A stretch of DNA of 64,000 bases, from the NCBI GenBank assembly GCA_034439735.1, contig JAWXAX010000076.1, forward strand, positions 536-64,535. The letters run 5' to 3'. How positions within the stretch are numbered: position 1 is the first letter of the stretch; every line of letters begins with the position of its first letter. This document shows, in pieces, positions 27,296-37,560 of this stretch. The translations under genes and the position numbers were made by a program. The stretch is from Rhodothermales bacterium. GTDB taxonomy: Bacteria > Bacteroidota > Rhodothermia > Rhodothermales > JAHQVL01. Under the pieces are notes generated by a model that had not been told where the DNA came from, did not search any database, and was given only the letters and a program-made list of their open reading frames with translations.

Positions 27296-28300
27296 TCAGC
27301 CGGCGTTGCGGCCAGAGTCGTCGTTTTTATTACCTCCGCGGTCTTCACCGTTCTGGCGCTCCCGCTGTCCATCGCGCAGGTTGACGCGGTAGATCGGGTT
27401 CAACCCGAGGAAGCGGAGCAGGGCATGGCCGTCGCCAGTGAGGTCAATCGTGCCCTCCGTCTCCTTCAACGTCGTTTCGCCGTTGATGGTCTCCGTCAGC
27501 GACATGTGGTAGCTGATGGTGCCCGTCACGTTTGTTTCGAGGTCTTCGTCACCTCCTGTGGTATCGTCGGCCAGCGCCATCTGCGAGATCGTCACATCTA
27601 CGGTTTCCATCGTCAGCGTGTAAGACCCTTCGACATCGAGAGAGTCTCCCATTGTACGCGAGAAGGTCCCTTCCTTGATCTGCGAGCCGGTAAGCGTGGC
27701 AACGGTATCGGTGCCGTTCAGGCCGGCCAGGTTCCACTGGGCGTCCTGGTCGATGGTCGCTGAACGGGTGTCGCCCGAATCGTAGGTGTAGGCGGCTGTA
27801 CCCGTACGGTTGCCGGCGAAAGCGATGGCTGCGATCTCTTCGCGCTGGTCGATTGGCTCGGCGACAAATCCACCCAGGCTATCGGTGAACACATACTGGA
27901 GCGTCACATCGACGGACTTCGTGCAATTCTCCGCTTCGTGCTGGCGGCTATAGGCGATCGTGAAGGTCCCGGTGGCGGGGTCGTACGTCCGGTCGTAGTC
28001 CCGGTTGATACCGCGGCACGGGCGCAGGCCCGGGTTGTTCCAGAATTGCCGGCCGCTGTACAGGAGGCGCTGGTTATCCACCCGGGCGGTCATGTCGTTC
28101 AGATCGGCCATGAGGCCTTCGCTTTGATCAGCCAGCGACTCGGCCATGAGTTCGGAGGCCAGCTCCAGGTCTTCAGCGGTCATCGCCGCCACTTCGGGCT
28201 CGTCGTTGTTGAGAATGTCGCAGCCCGTCAGTGTGAAGGCGAAGAGCGCGGAGAGCACCGTGACGCGCTTCAGGTTGGGGATAAGATCTATGCGTTTCAT
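27296..28300 (-). CDS. hypothetical lipoprotein
   Basis: ATG at 28300: MKRIDLIPNLKRVTVLSALFAFTLTGC lipobox. Acidic, Thr/Asp-rich. No family recognised. Confidence 0.65.
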   Translation of the reverse strand: MKRIDLIPNLKRVTVLSALFAFTLTGCDILNNDEPEVAAMTAEDLELASELMAESLADQSEGLMADLNDMTARVDNQRLLYSGRQFWNNPGLRPCRGINRDYDRTYDPATGTFTIAYSRQHEAENCTKSVDVTLQYVFTDSLGGFVAEPIDQREEIAAIAFAGNRTGTAAYTYDSGDTRSATIDQDAQWNLAGLNGTDTVATLTGSQIKEGTFSRTMGDSLDVEGSYTLTMETVDVTISQMALADDTTGGDEDLETNVTGTISYHMSLTETINGETTLKETEGTIDLTGDGHALLRFLGLNPIYRVNLRDGQRERQNGEDRGGNKNDDSGRNAG

Positions 28301-28407
28301 GATAGGATGTCGGTTGAAGTTTATCAAGAGATAGGCGATAGCATGTCATACAGACAACAACGGTACACCTGATTTCGGCATCACCCCCAAGTGGCGTGTC
28401 TACCGGC

Positions 28408-28941
28408 CTAGCGGAAATGGGCCATCGCGCCCCGGATGTTCTTTAGCGCAAACGCCATCTGATTTTCCACTGTTTTGATGCTGATGTTCAGCATGTCGGC
28501 CGCCTCGCGGTACGAGAGATCTTCCATGAAACACAGTTCGAATACCGCCCGCCGGCGCTCGGGGAGTGAGGCGATCGCCCGGAGGAGCGCGTCCTGCATG
28601 GCGCTGTAATCGTGTCCGATCGGATCGGTGGTCGACCGACTGTCCAAGTCGGCGTGATGGTCGAACTTGGCGTTGTCGCGGAAATAGTTGAGTGCGCGGG
28701 TATAACCGATGCGGAAGAGAAAGGCGCGCAGCGACTTATTCTCATCGATCTGGTCGCGTTTGTCCCATATCATCACGAAGGCATTCTGGACGATATCGGC
28801 CGTCGTCTCTTCGTCGATGCCGCGCCGGCGCAGGTAGCCGAACAGTGCCCCATGATACCGATCGAAAAAATGCTTGAACGCGCCATGGTCTCCCCGCTTG
28901 ATACGGCGTGCCAGCTCGGCATCCTCCACCGCCTTGGCCAT
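28408..28941 (-). CDS. ECF RNA polymerase sigma factor
   Basis: ATG at 28941: MAKAVEDAELARRIKRGDHGAFKHFFDRYHGALFGYL..., region 4 LSYREAADMLNISIKTVENQM. Confidence 0.9.
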   Translation of the reverse strand: MAKAVEDAELARRIKRGDHGAFKHFFDRYHGALFGYLRRRGIDEETTADIVQNAFVMIWDKRDQIDENKSLRAFLFRIGYTRALNYFRDNAKFDHHADLDSRSTTDPIGHDYSAMQDALLRAIASLPERRRAVFELCFMEDLSYREAADMLNISIKTVENQMAFALKNIRGAMAHFR

Positions 28942-29249
28942 ATGAACGGCCAGATAAATGAGTAGCGAGGCGAGGGTAAGCGGGGTCAGCACGGTGGTCT
29001 TCAGGCGTATGGAAGAGATGTGGGAGAAGGTACGGCTGGAGGCGACGCCTCGGCCGGCGCAATCACTGTGCCGCTTAAGGTCTCGCCCCGGGAGTATGAG
29101 GCGCGACCTCATCTCATCCATCATGCGAAGAAAAGGGCTCCTCCTTCATCAACAAGCGGCCCGCCGGCCAGGCGATAGGCTCGTGGTGAAACCGAGAAGG
29201 ACGTTCATAGTTCTAAAATGAGGCTCCCACACACCCACTGTACCCCGAA

Positions 29250-29600
29250 TTGCGCATCAAGAGACGACATATTGGCGTTCTGATGCTCCTCGTATTGATC
29301 GGGGGGGGCGTGCTTTCGCCTACGGTGCATATTCTCCTGCACGATGTCGCGAACGCCCACGGAGAATGGGACCCGCACGCCGACGTGGAGTCCGTTACTG
29401 TTGGGAATGAATGCAGCCGGCCCCACGCGCCTGAACGGCCGTGTATCTTCTGTACGCAGATCTCCATCTATGCCGGCGTCCTCTCCGATCCGCCTTCCGT
29501 ATGGCTGCCGGTCGGGACGCTGACGGTGCCGGCCGGCCTCGTCCACCTGGCCTCTGCGTCCCTCGGCGAGGGTATTCGCGGCCCTCCCGCCTACGCCTGA
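29250..29600 (+). CDS. hypothetical small membrane protein, His/Cys-rich
   Basis: 116 aa. N-terminal TM (IGVLMLLVLIGGGVL), then HILLHDVANAHGEWDPH and C..x13..CIFC. 108 nt upstream of a TonB receptor. Confidence 0.45.
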   Translation: MRIKRRHIGVLMLLVLIGGGVLSPTVHILLHDVANAHGEWDPHADVESVTVGNECSRPHAPERPCIFCTQISIYAGVLSDPPSVWLPVGTLTVPAGLVHLASASLGEGIRGPPAYA

Positions 29601-29708
29601 CCTCTCCCGTCTTGCCGCCCCGAGTGGCTAGCAGGCGGTGAACGACCCCATCTATTCTGGAAATCGCCCGGTATTCGCGGGTGGTCTCCGTGGTCATGCA
29701 GCGCCCCT

Positions 29709-32069
29709 ATGCCATATCCTTTGTTTTTAGGACGGATGTTTATACCCGTCGTGATCCTTCTCGCCTGGGCTGCCTATGGTGGGGGCCTCCACGCACAAAC
29801 GCTCCACGGCATCGTTCGTGCGGCGGACGCCGACCCCCTGCCGGGCGCCAATGTCTATCTGCCCGCCCTCCAGCGCGGCGCGGTAACCGATCCGTCGGGC
29901 CGGTACGAGATCGATAATCTGGCCGTGGGCACGTACGAGGTGGTCTTCAGCTTCATTGGTTTTCGCTCGGAGACGCGGACGGTAACAGTCGGCGCCGGTC
30001 GGAATCGCATCGAGGTGACGCTACAGTCGGACATAGTGTGGACGGATGAAGTGCTCGTCGCCGCTGAACAGGAAGGCCGGTTGACCCTCGATACGCGATC
30101 GGTAGCCATACTGGATGCTGCCGCGCTGGATGAGGTGCGCGGACAGACCCTTGGCGAAACCCTCGAACACCTACCTGGGATGACAGCGCTTCAAACCGGC
30201 CCGTCGATCTCTAAGCCGGTTGTACGTGGCCTCCACAGCCAGCGTGTGCTGGTACTGAACGCCGGCGTGTCGCAGGAAGGGCAACAATGGGGGGGTGAAC
30301 ACGCACCGGAAATCGACCCGTTCGCGCCGGTGCGGATCGAGGTGATCAAAGGGGTAGCCGGCGTAGAATACGGTGTCGGGGCGATCGGCGGGGTGATCCG
30401 GCTCGAACCCCTCGAACTGCCCTACGTCCCCGGCACGTCGCTCCGAGGACAGTTCGCCGGCAACGGATTTTCCAACAACCGCCAGGGCGCCACCGCCCTG
30501 TATCTGGAGGGCGTCGCCAACCGGCTGCCGGGCTTTGGATGGCGTGTGCAGGGCAGTTTTCGCAAAGCCGGCGATGCCCAGGCCCCCCGGTATATCATCC
30601 CCAATTCGGCTTTTCAGGAACAGAATGGCGCCCTGACCCTCGGGTTTCGTCGAGGTCCCTGGAATCTCCTGGGTCATATCAGCCACTTCGGAACGGAACT
30701 GGGCATCTTCAGCGGCGCCCATATCGGTAATCTGGACGATCTGCTCCGCGCGATCGAACGCGGCCAGCCTTCTACCAACGGGACGTTCGGGTTCGATATC
30801 GCTCCGCCCAAACAGCTCATCTCGCACGATCTGGCCTCGTTGCGGAGCCGGTATACGCTGGATTCGGGAGCACGCTTCGAAATACAGTACGGGATTCAGC
30901 GGAATCACCGTCAGGAGTTCGATGCCCACCGACCATACAGCGATTCACTCGCGGCGCTGGATCGGCCGGCCTTTGAGCTGAGCCTCTTCTCGCAAAGCGT
31001 CGAAGCGCGATTTCACCACCGCCCCGTCGGTCGTTTCTTCGGCGTAATGGGGGTGAGCGGTATGAATCAGCTTAATCTAAACGGACGCAGCGGCTTTCTT
31101 ATCCCCAACTTCCGCTCGTTCAGCAGCGGGGTATTTGCGCGGGAGACGTGGGTAAACGGCGACTGGCAGGTGGAAGCCGGCGCCCGCTACGACTATCGCT
31201 GGGTGCGCGCCTGGCCCCGCGAAAACGGGGCGAGCGGCGAATTCGTTCGACGCGTAAACGACTACGGAAGCCTATCCGCCGTGTTCGGCGCCATCTGGCA
31301 GTTTGCGCCGGCGTGGTCGCTCGCTACCAATGTGGGCACGGCCTGGCGGCCTCCGAGTGTGAACGAGCATTATAACTTTGGCGTCCACCACGGCACGGCC
31401 CAGTTCGAAATCGGGGATCCCGACCTCGAGGCCGAGCGAAGCCTGGGCCTCGACGCCACCCTGCGCCACGATATCGCGGGCGCGCGCCTCGAAGTCAGCG
31501 CCTACTCAACGCAGTTTCAGCGGTTTATCTATCTCTATCCCGATCCATCACCCCGCGTCACGATCCGCGGCACGTTCCCCACGTTCCGGTATGCGCAGGC
31601 TGATGCCCGGTTGAACGGTTTCGATGCTTCCGTCGAGTACGACCTGAACCGGATCCTTACACTCGGAATGGTCACGTCCGTCGTTCGGGGCCAGAACCTG
31701 GACGACGACGAGCCGCTGTACCAGATGCCGGGGGATCGGCTGCGCATGGTCGCGCATGTCAACCTGCCAGGCAGTGCGACCGTGCAAGCACCTCATTTCG
31801 AGGTCGAGTCCGCCCATGTCGCCCGGCAATCGAGGTTCACCCCCGGCGTGGACTATGCCGAGCCGCCTCCGGGATACCACCTTATCAACGCGTCGTTCGC
31901 GACGGACCTGTTGGTCAACCACACTCCCGTACACGTCCATCTGTCGGTGCAAAATGCACTCGACACGGTCTATCGGGATTACCTGAGCCGCTTCCGGTAT
32001 TTTATCGACGACCCCGGAAGAAGCTTTGTCCTGCGACTGAGCGTGCCAATTGGCGCCCCACGCGTGTGA
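29709..32069 (+). CDS. TonB-dependent receptor (CarboxypepD_reg + plug + beta-barrel)
   Basis: 786 aa (alternative ATG at 29736). HGIVRAADADPLPGANVYL..., plug GVEYGVGAIGGVIRLE, barrel to the end. Confidence 0.9.
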   Translation: MPYPLFLGRMFIPVVILLAWAAYGGGLHAQTLHGIVRAADADPLPGANVYLPALQRGAVTDPSGRYEIDNLAVGTYEVVFSFIGFRSETRTVTVGAGRNRIEVTLQSDIVWTDEVLVAAEQEGRLTLDTRSVAILDAAALDEVRGQTLGETLEHLPGMTALQTGPSISKPVVRGLHSQRVLVLNAGVSQEGQQWGGEHAPEIDPFAPVRIEVIKGVAGVEYGVGAIGGVIRLEPLELPYVPGTSLRGQFAGNGFSNNRQGATALYLEGVANRLPGFGWRVQGSFRKAGDAQAPRYIIPNSAFQEQNGALTLGFRRGPWNLLGHISHFGTELGIFSGAHIGNLDDLLRAIERGQPSTNGTFGFDIAPPKQLISHDLASLRSRYTLDSGARFEIQYGIQRNHRQEFDAHRPYSDSLAALDRPAFELSLFSQSVEARFHHRPVGRFFGVMGVSGMNQLNLNGRSGFLIPNFRSFSSGVFARETWVNGDWQVEAGARYDYRWVRAWPRENGASGEFVRRVNDYGSLSAVFGAIWQFAPAWSLATNVGTAWRPPSVNEHYNFGVHHGTAQFEIGDPDLEAERSLGLDATLRHDIAGARLEVSAYSTQFQRFIYLYPDPSPRVTIRGTFPTFRYAQADARLNGFDASVEYDLNRILTLGMVTSVVRGQNLDDDEPLYQMPGDRLRMVAHVNLPGSATVQAPHFEVESAHVARQSRFTPGVDYAEPPPGYHLINASFATDLLVNHTPVHVHLSVQNALDTVYRDYLSRFRYFIDDPGRSFVLRLSVPIGAPRV

Positions 32070-32162
32070 GGCGTCTGATGAACACGCTCGGAAGCCCCGG
32101 GTGCTCGGCCGCCAACGCTGGGGACCTGGTTTTGCATCAATAAACAAACCTACCTAGAAGCT

Positions 32163-32732
32163 ATGAACCTCTTTCATAAGTTACCCATACGCGTTTTTCT
32201 CTTCTGCTCGCTGGCTTTGCTGGCCGTGATGTCGGGGTGTGACTCCGGGGAGCCCGACGATGACGCCGGCGAAAACGAACTCATCACCCGCGTCACACTC
32301 ATCCTCACGCCTGTGGCGGGCGGTGACCTCATCATTGCCGAGGCCGAAGACCCGGATGGAGACGGTGCCAACCTCACCATCGACTCACTCCAACTCACAT
32401 CCGGTGCGATCTATCAGGGTGAAATAACCCTGTTTGATGGAGTCAATAACGAGGACATCACGGCCGAGGTGGAAGATGAAGAAGAGGAGCACCAGTTCTG
32501 GTACACGGCGGAAGGTGGTATCGCCGATCGTGTAACGGTGGCCATCACGGATACGGATGCCAACGACCTGCCCGTCGGGCTGGCCTTCACTGTTTCGGTT
32601 TCTGTCGGCGCAGATACCACAGGGACAATGAACGTAGTGCTTAACCACTACGAAGAAGGTGAAAAAGAGGGTACCGACCGGAGTGACGAAACGGATATCG
32701 ACATCGACTTCCCGGTTTCGATCATCCAATAA
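32163..32732 (+). CDS. hypothetical acidic lipoprotein downstream of the TonB receptor
   Basis: 189 aa. LLAVMSGC lipobox, strongly acidic mature part with only two His (EEHQFWY, LNHYEEG). Confidence 0.65.
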   Translation: MNLFHKLPIRVFLFCSLALLAVMSGCDSGEPDDDAGENELITRVTLILTPVAGGDLIIAEAEDPDGDGANLTIDSLQLTSGAIYQGEITLFDGVNNEDITAEVEDEEEEHQFWYTAEGGIADRVTVAITDTDANDLPVGLAFTVSVSVGADTTGTMNVVLNHYEEGEKEGTDRSDETDIDIDFPVSIIQ

Positions 32733-32780
32733 CCCCGGGTCAATAACCCGCAACCAGTAACCGCCCGGTCCGTGATAATC

Positions 32781-32822
32781 GGTCGCGGGTCTTCGAGAAT
32801 CGAATTCCGGAGACCCGCGGCC
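32781..32822. terminator. 12-bp (one mismatch) inverted repeat between convergent lipoprotein gene and dnaB
   Basis: GGTCGCGGGTCT (32781-32792) / AGACCCGCGGCC (32811-32822). Confidence 0.4.
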
Positions 32823-32844
32823 GGCGGTCCGGACGCATGGCGTG

Positions 32845-34428
32845 TTAGAAGGGCGCTTCGGCGCCCGGAGGCAGGGGAATGGAAGGGGCGCCTCCCCGAC
32901 TTTCGCCTCGATCCCCACCGTACGCGTACGCGCCGGCGCCCTGTTCCTGGATGTACGTAGTGAGGTTCTCGAAGCGGGCAAACTGGTTGACGAAGGCCAG
33001 TTGTACCTCGCCGATGGGGCCGTTACGTTGCTTCCCGATGATAATCTCCCCGATGCCTTCGGTCGAGTTACCGTTTTCGTCCACGGTAATCCCGTACCGC
33101 TCGGCCCGGTAGATAAAGGCGACGAGGTCGGCGTCCTGCTCGATGGAGCCGGACTCGCGGAGGTCGGACAACTGCGGCCGTTTATCGCCGCCGCGGGTTT
33201 CGACCGCACGGCTGAGCTGGGATAGAGCGATCACCGGCACATCAATTTCCTTGGCGAGGGATTTTAACGACCGCGAGATCTGGGCGATTTCTTGTTCTCG
33301 ATTCGAGTTCTTCGAATTACCGCTTCCGTGCATGAGTTGGAGATAATCCACGATGACCAGGCCGATGTCGTGCTCGGCCTTGAGCCTGCGGCTCTTGGCG
33401 CGTAACTCCAGCACGCTTAGGCCGGGCGTGTCGTCGATAAAGATGGGGGCGGCGGAGAGCTTGCCAGCGGCGCGCGCCAGCTTGGGCCATTCCTCATCCC
33501 GCAGCCGGCCCGTTCGCGCCGCCTGGGCATCAACGCGGGCCTCGGAGGTCAGCAGGCGCTGCGCCAACTGCTGTGCACCCATTTCGAGCGAAAAGTAGGC
33601 GACGCCGGTCGGTTTTTCCGCGTGCAACGCCGCATTACGCGCCACCGCCAGGCTGAAGGCGGTTTTTCCCATAGAAGGACGCGCGGCGATGATGATGAGG
33701 TCGGTTTTCTGCCATCCGCCGGTCATGTCATCCAGCCGTGAAAACCCGCTGGGTATCCCGGTAATCCCACCTTCACGGCCATGTACGGCCTCAAGCGCGG
33801 CCAGGGTACCTTTCAGCACATCGTTCATCGACGTGGCCGAGCGGCGCAGCTGGTTGTCCGAAATTTTGAAGATCTCCCGTTCGCTCGAATCCAGCAACTC
33901 GAAGGCGTCCGTGCCTGGATCGTACGCCGTTCCGATGATCCCGGTCATCGTTTCGATCAATTTGCGCAGTAACGACTTCTCGGCGATGATGCGCGCGTGA
34001 TACTCGACATTCGCAGCGGTGTCGACGGCGGTGGATAACTCGGTTAGATAATACGAGCCCCCGATGTCGTCGAGCTGGCCGCGGCGGCGTAACTCCTCGG
34101 AAAGCGTGATGTGATCGACCGGGTTGCCGCGTTCGAACAGCGCAAGAATGCCCTGATAGATGAGATGGTGTTTGGAGAGATAAAAGGTATCCGCCGGCAA
34201 GATTTCAATGGCCCGCGGGATCGCGTCACGCTCGATGAGCATCGCGCCGAGCACCGAACGCTCCACGTCGGTGGCCTGGGGCGGCGTCCGCCCGGCCTTA
34301 TTGTTCGATCGTTTGACCTCGGCTTTTGGCGCGTGCTCACGCTCTCGCAAAGGCGGCGGATCGTGCGAATAGTCGGCGTCGTCGTCCGCGAAATGATAGG
34401 GAGGGGTGGAGTCGTCGAAGTCGGACAT
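32845..34428 (-). CDS. dnaB: replicative DNA helicase DnaB
   Basis: 527 aa. PPQATDVERSVLGAMLI N-domain, Walker A AARPSMGKTAF, IVDYLQLM, SQLSRAVE. Acidic N-terminal extension of about 50 aa. Confidence 0.95.
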   Translation of the reverse strand: MSDFDDSTPPYHFADDDADYSHDPPPLREREHAPKAEVKRSNNKAGRTPPQATDVERSVLGAMLIERDAIPRAIEILPADTFYLSKHHLIYQGILALFERGNPVDHITLSEELRRRGQLDDIGGSYYLTELSTAVDTAANVEYHARIIAEKSLLRKLIETMTGIIGTAYDPGTDAFELLDSSEREIFKISDNQLRRSATSMNDVLKGTLAALEAVHGREGGITGIPSGFSRLDDMTGGWQKTDLIIIAARPSMGKTAFSLAVARNAALHAEKPTGVAYFSLEMGAQQLAQRLLTSEARVDAQAARTGRLRDEEWPKLARAAGKLSAAPIFIDDTPGLSVLELRAKSRRLKAEHDIGLVIVDYLQLMHGSGNSKNSNREQEIAQISRSLKSLAKEIDVPVIALSQLSRAVETRGGDKRPQLSDLRESGSIEQDADLVAFIYRAERYGITVDENGNSTEGIGEIIIGKQRNGPIGEVQLAFVNQFARFENLTTYIQEQGAGAYAYGGDRGESRGGAPSIPLPPGAEAPF

Positions 34429-34526
34429 GGCGCGGGCGGATGCCGGGTTCCAGGGTTAACATGCCAGGTTCAGAGGGGCGCACGGAAGGTGATGGGGACG
34501 CGCCGGCTGGCCGGGTTCCTACGCCG

Positions 34527-35342
34527 TCAGCCGGCTGTAAGTTCGTCGTACCGAGCGCGGAGTTTCTGGACGTCCTCCCACGTCGGGCGCTTCCACTCCG
34601 GGTTGCGGAGCAGCGCGGCGGGGTGGTAGGTGACCATCGTCGGGATACCGTAAAAATCGTTAAACGTGCCGCGAAGAGCGGCCAGGGAAGCCTGCTTCTT
34701 CAGCAGATTGTTGCCGGCCGTCCTCCCCACGCACAGGATAAGACGCGGCCGGATGAGCGCAATCTGTTTGTAGAGGATGGGGATGTGCGCGGCCACCTCA
34801 TCTGGCTGAGGTTCGCGGTTGTTCGGTGGCCGGCTCTTGAGGATATTCGCGATGTACACGTGGTCCCGCGAAAAGCCTATCGCATCCAGGATTTTCGTCA
34901 GCAACTGGCCGGCGCGTCCGACAAACGGCTCGCCCTGCTCGTCCTCGTCGGCGCCCGGCGCTTCGCCAATGACCATGAGGTCCGCCTCCGGATTGCCTAC
35001 ACCAAAAACGGGCTGGATACGGGTCTCGTCCAGCGGAATGAGGATCGTGTTCGCCACATAGTCGCGCACGGCGTCCAGCGTATGTAGGGCATGGAGAGGC
35101 GACGACGGGGAAATGAGCGCTTCAATACGCTCGTATGGGGATTTATCGGACGAGGGCGCCGAAACGGCGTCGGATGCGGTCGTCGGTGTTGGGAATGCGG
35201 GAGGATGGGAATACAGATCCGGCTCCGTTGCGGAAACCACTGCGCCGGCCGGATCGTCGCCCGATTCGATGGGAACGATCGGGCCAAGCAGGTCGATCTG
35301 AAAGGACAGTGCCTGGCGAAGCAGGGTACGGGGATCATCCAT
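34527..35342 (-). CDS. uracil-DNA glycosylase, family 4, with N-terminal extension
   Basis: 271 aa. [13 protein letters not shown] (GEAPG motif), [22 protein letters not shown]. Confidence 0.85.
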   Translation of the reverse strand: MDDPRTLLRQALSFQIDLLGPIVPIESGDDPAGAVVSATEPDLYSHPPAFPTPTTASDAVSAPSSDKSPYERIEALISPSSPLHALHTLDAVRDYVANTILIPLDETRIQPVFGVGNPEADLMVIGEAPGADEDEQGEPFVGRAGQLLTKILDAIGFSRDHVYIANILKSRPPNNREPQPDEVAAHIPILYKQIALIRPRLILCVGRTAGNNLLKKQASLAALRGTFNDFYGIPTMVTYHPAALLRNPEWKRPTWEDVQKLRARYDELTAG

Positions 35343-35468
35343 GGCGTCGTATCAGGGCGGGGTTGCGGAATGCGGGATACAGACCGCCGGCGAGGGCAGC
35401 GGGTTGAAGATAGGAAACGTTCAGCTTACTCGTCGGGTTCACTCTGCCATCCTTCCCTGCGATTGTCT

Positions 35469-36311
35469 ATGGACCCCATCATCCTCGCGCTACAACAGAC
35501 CCAGACGGCGGTTATGATAGCCGGCCTGGTGCTGCTCTCGCTGTTCGAACACACGCACCCGCTCTTTGATTTTTTTAGTCGCCAGCCCGGCGCTCGAGGT
35601 CGGCATGCTCTCCGCAACCTGATGCTGGGTGGTCTGAACGGCATTGTCGTCTCGTTCGGTTTTGTCTGGCTCTGGTTCATCGTCACCGTCTGGGCCGATA
35701 CGCAGCGGTTTGGCGTCATGAACATGCTCCAGGATGCATTCGGCTTGCCGGCGTGGGTGCATGCTGTCGGTGTGATGGTGTTGCTCGACGGGTGGATGTA
35801 TTTCTGGCATCGCATCAACCACGTAGTCCCCTTTCTCTGGCGCTTTCACCGGGTGCACCACGCGGATCCATTCATGGATGTGACCACCGCCAGCCGGTTT
35901 CATCTGGGTGAGATCGTTCTTTCGTCGCTGCTGCGCGCTCCCGTCCTTACGCTCGCCGGAGCGCATCTGTGGGAGTTACTCGTCTACGAAACGCTCATGT
36001 TCGCCGTCGTCCAGGCCCAACATGCTAACATGGCCTTTCCGGAGCGCCTGGATCGGGTGTTGCGCACGGTGATCGCGACGCCGGCCATGCATAAAGTACA
36101 CCACTCCCGCTGGCGTTTGGAGACGGATTCCAACTACGGCTCGCTGTTCTCCTTCTGGGACCGCCTCGGGCGATCGTTTCGGCTTCGGGAAGACCTCTCT
36201 ACGCTGAAGATGGGGCTGGATGAGATGGATGACGACCGATTCCAGACGGTGCGCGGGATGATCAAGACGCCGTTTCAGGCGGTGCCGCGGAGCGAAGGGG
36301 GCTCTGCCTGA
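35469..36311 (+). CDS. sterol desaturase / fatty acid hydroxylase superfamily membrane protein
   Basis: ATG at 35469 (MDPIILALQ...). His boxes HRINH, HRVHH, HKVHH. The 5' part of track ORF 35091..36311 overlaps the UDG gene and looks non-coding. Confidence 0.8.
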   Translation: MDPIILALQQTQTAVMIAGLVLLSLFEHTHPLFDFFSRQPGARGRHALRNLMLGGLNGIVVSFGFVWLWFIVTVWADTQRFGVMNMLQDAFGLPAWVHAVGVMVLLDGWMYFWHRINHVVPFLWRFHRVHHADPFMDVTTASRFHLGEIVLSSLLRAPVLTLAGAHLWELLVYETLMFAVVQAQHANMAFPERLDRVLRTVIATPAMHKVHHSRWRLETDSNYGSLFSFWDRLGRSFRLREDLSTLKMGLDEMDDDRFQTVRGMIKTPFQAVPRSEGGSA

Positions 36312-36323
36312 ACCGTTCCGGGG

Positions 36324-37529
36324 TTACAGGATGCGCGCCAGAATGGCGGCGGCCACCTCGGGTTTGCTCATGAGCGGCAGGTCTTCACGCCGGCCGTCTC
36401 GAGCCAGCATCGTCACCCGGTTGGTTTGCGTGCCGAAGCCTGCGCCGGGCTCGGTCATATCGTTCAGCACGATCCAGTCCAGGTTCTTCCTGTGCAGCTT
36501 GTCCTTCGCGTGAGCTTCGCCCTGATCGGTTTCGAGGGCAAAGCCGACCAGGACCTGGCCGGCGCGTTTCCGAGCACCCAGCGAGGCGAGGATGTCCGTC
36601 GTCCGCTTGAATACGAGGGTGAGGTCCCCATCCTGCTTCTTTACTTTGGTCTCTGAGCGTTCTGCCGGTGTGTAATCGGCCACGGCGGCGGCCATAATGA
36701 CGATGTCGGCATCGGCATAGGTGAAAACGGCTTCAGCCATTTCCGCGGCAGATTCAGTGAAGTGGGTGGTGACGCCGGCAGGTGGGGTAAGCGACGTCGG
36801 GCCGCTGATGAGCGTGACCTCGGCGCCGGCGGCGGCCGCGGCGGCGGCGAGGGCATACCCCATCGTCCCGGTCGAACGGTTGCTGATGAAACGGACGGGG
36901 TCGATGGCTTCGCGGGTCGGCCCGGCGGTAACGAGGACGCGGCGTCCGACAAGCGCGGGATTGGGCGAGGCGCCAAACGCCAGCACGACGCGCTCCAGGA
37001 TATGCTCGGGTTCCGGCAGCCGGCCCTGCCCGATCAACCCACTGGCCAGAGGGCCATGTTCGGGCGGCATGATCTGGTATCCGTAGGAAGCCAGCGTGGC
37101 CAGGTTGGCGCGGGTGGCCGGGTGAAGAAACATGTCGTGGTCCATCGCCGGGCACACGAGAATCGGGCAGCGCGCGGAGAGCGCGGTGGCCGTCAGCATG
37201 GAGTCGCACCGTCCGTGCGCCAGTTTGGCGAGCGTATCGGCGGTGGCGGGGGCGATGATGAAGAGGTCCGCCCACAGCCCAAGCTCGACGTGGCGTGTCC
37301 ACCCCATGGCCGGCGTATCGGGGAAGATCTCGATCGGGACATCGCGGCCCGAGAGTGTGCCGAGGGTCAGCGGCGAGATAAACCGGGTGGCGCCGGGCGT
37401 CATGATGGGCTGAACGTCCGCGCCCGATGTTTTGAGCAGACGCAGCAACTCCGCGGCTTTGTAGGCGGCGATGCTGCCGCAGACGCCGAGCAGGAGCTTG
37501 CGACCGGTAAGAGGGAGCGGCAGGCTCAT
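36324..37529 (-). CDS. coaBC: bifunctional phosphopantothenoylcysteine decarboxylase / phosphopantothenate-cysteine ligase
   Basis: 401 aa. Flavoprotein N-domain (LLLGVCGSIAAYKAAEL) and DFP C-domain (ISNRSTGTMG). Confidence 0.9.
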   Translation of the reverse strand: MSLPLPLTGRKLLLGVCGSIAAYKAAELLRLLKTSGADVQPIMTPGATRFISPLTLGTLSGRDVPIEIFPDTPAMGWTRHVELGLWADLFIIAPATADTLAKLAHGRCDSMLTATALSARCPILVCPAMDHDMFLHPATRANLATLASYGYQIMPPEHGPLASGLIGQGRLPEPEHILERVVLAFGASPNPALVGRRVLVTAGPTREAIDPVRFISNRSTGTMGYALAAAAAAAGAEVTLISGPTSLTPPAGVTTHFTESAAEMAEAVFTYADADIVIMAAAVADYTPAERSETKVKKQDGDLTLVFKRTTDILASLGARKRAGQVLVGFALETDQGEAHAKDKLHRKNLDWIVLNDMTEPGAGFGTQTNRVTMLARDGRREDLPLMSKPEVAAAILARIL

Positions 37530-37560
37530 AGCCGGCGGCCTGAAAGAGAGGGGTGTACGC

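Noticed and set aside
28942-29124. Upstream extension of the ECF sigma ORF (61 extra residues including a hydrophobic stretch).
   Set aside because: ECF sigmas of this type start near MAKAVEDAEL.... The extension has no sigma-like features.
29601-29708. Riboswitch upstream of the TonB receptor (cobalamin), and a Moco riboswitch upstream of moeA (8527-8611).
   Set aside because: The spacers are too short (about 108 and 85 nt), and I could not find the B12-box (GCCACTG context) or Moco-motif features.
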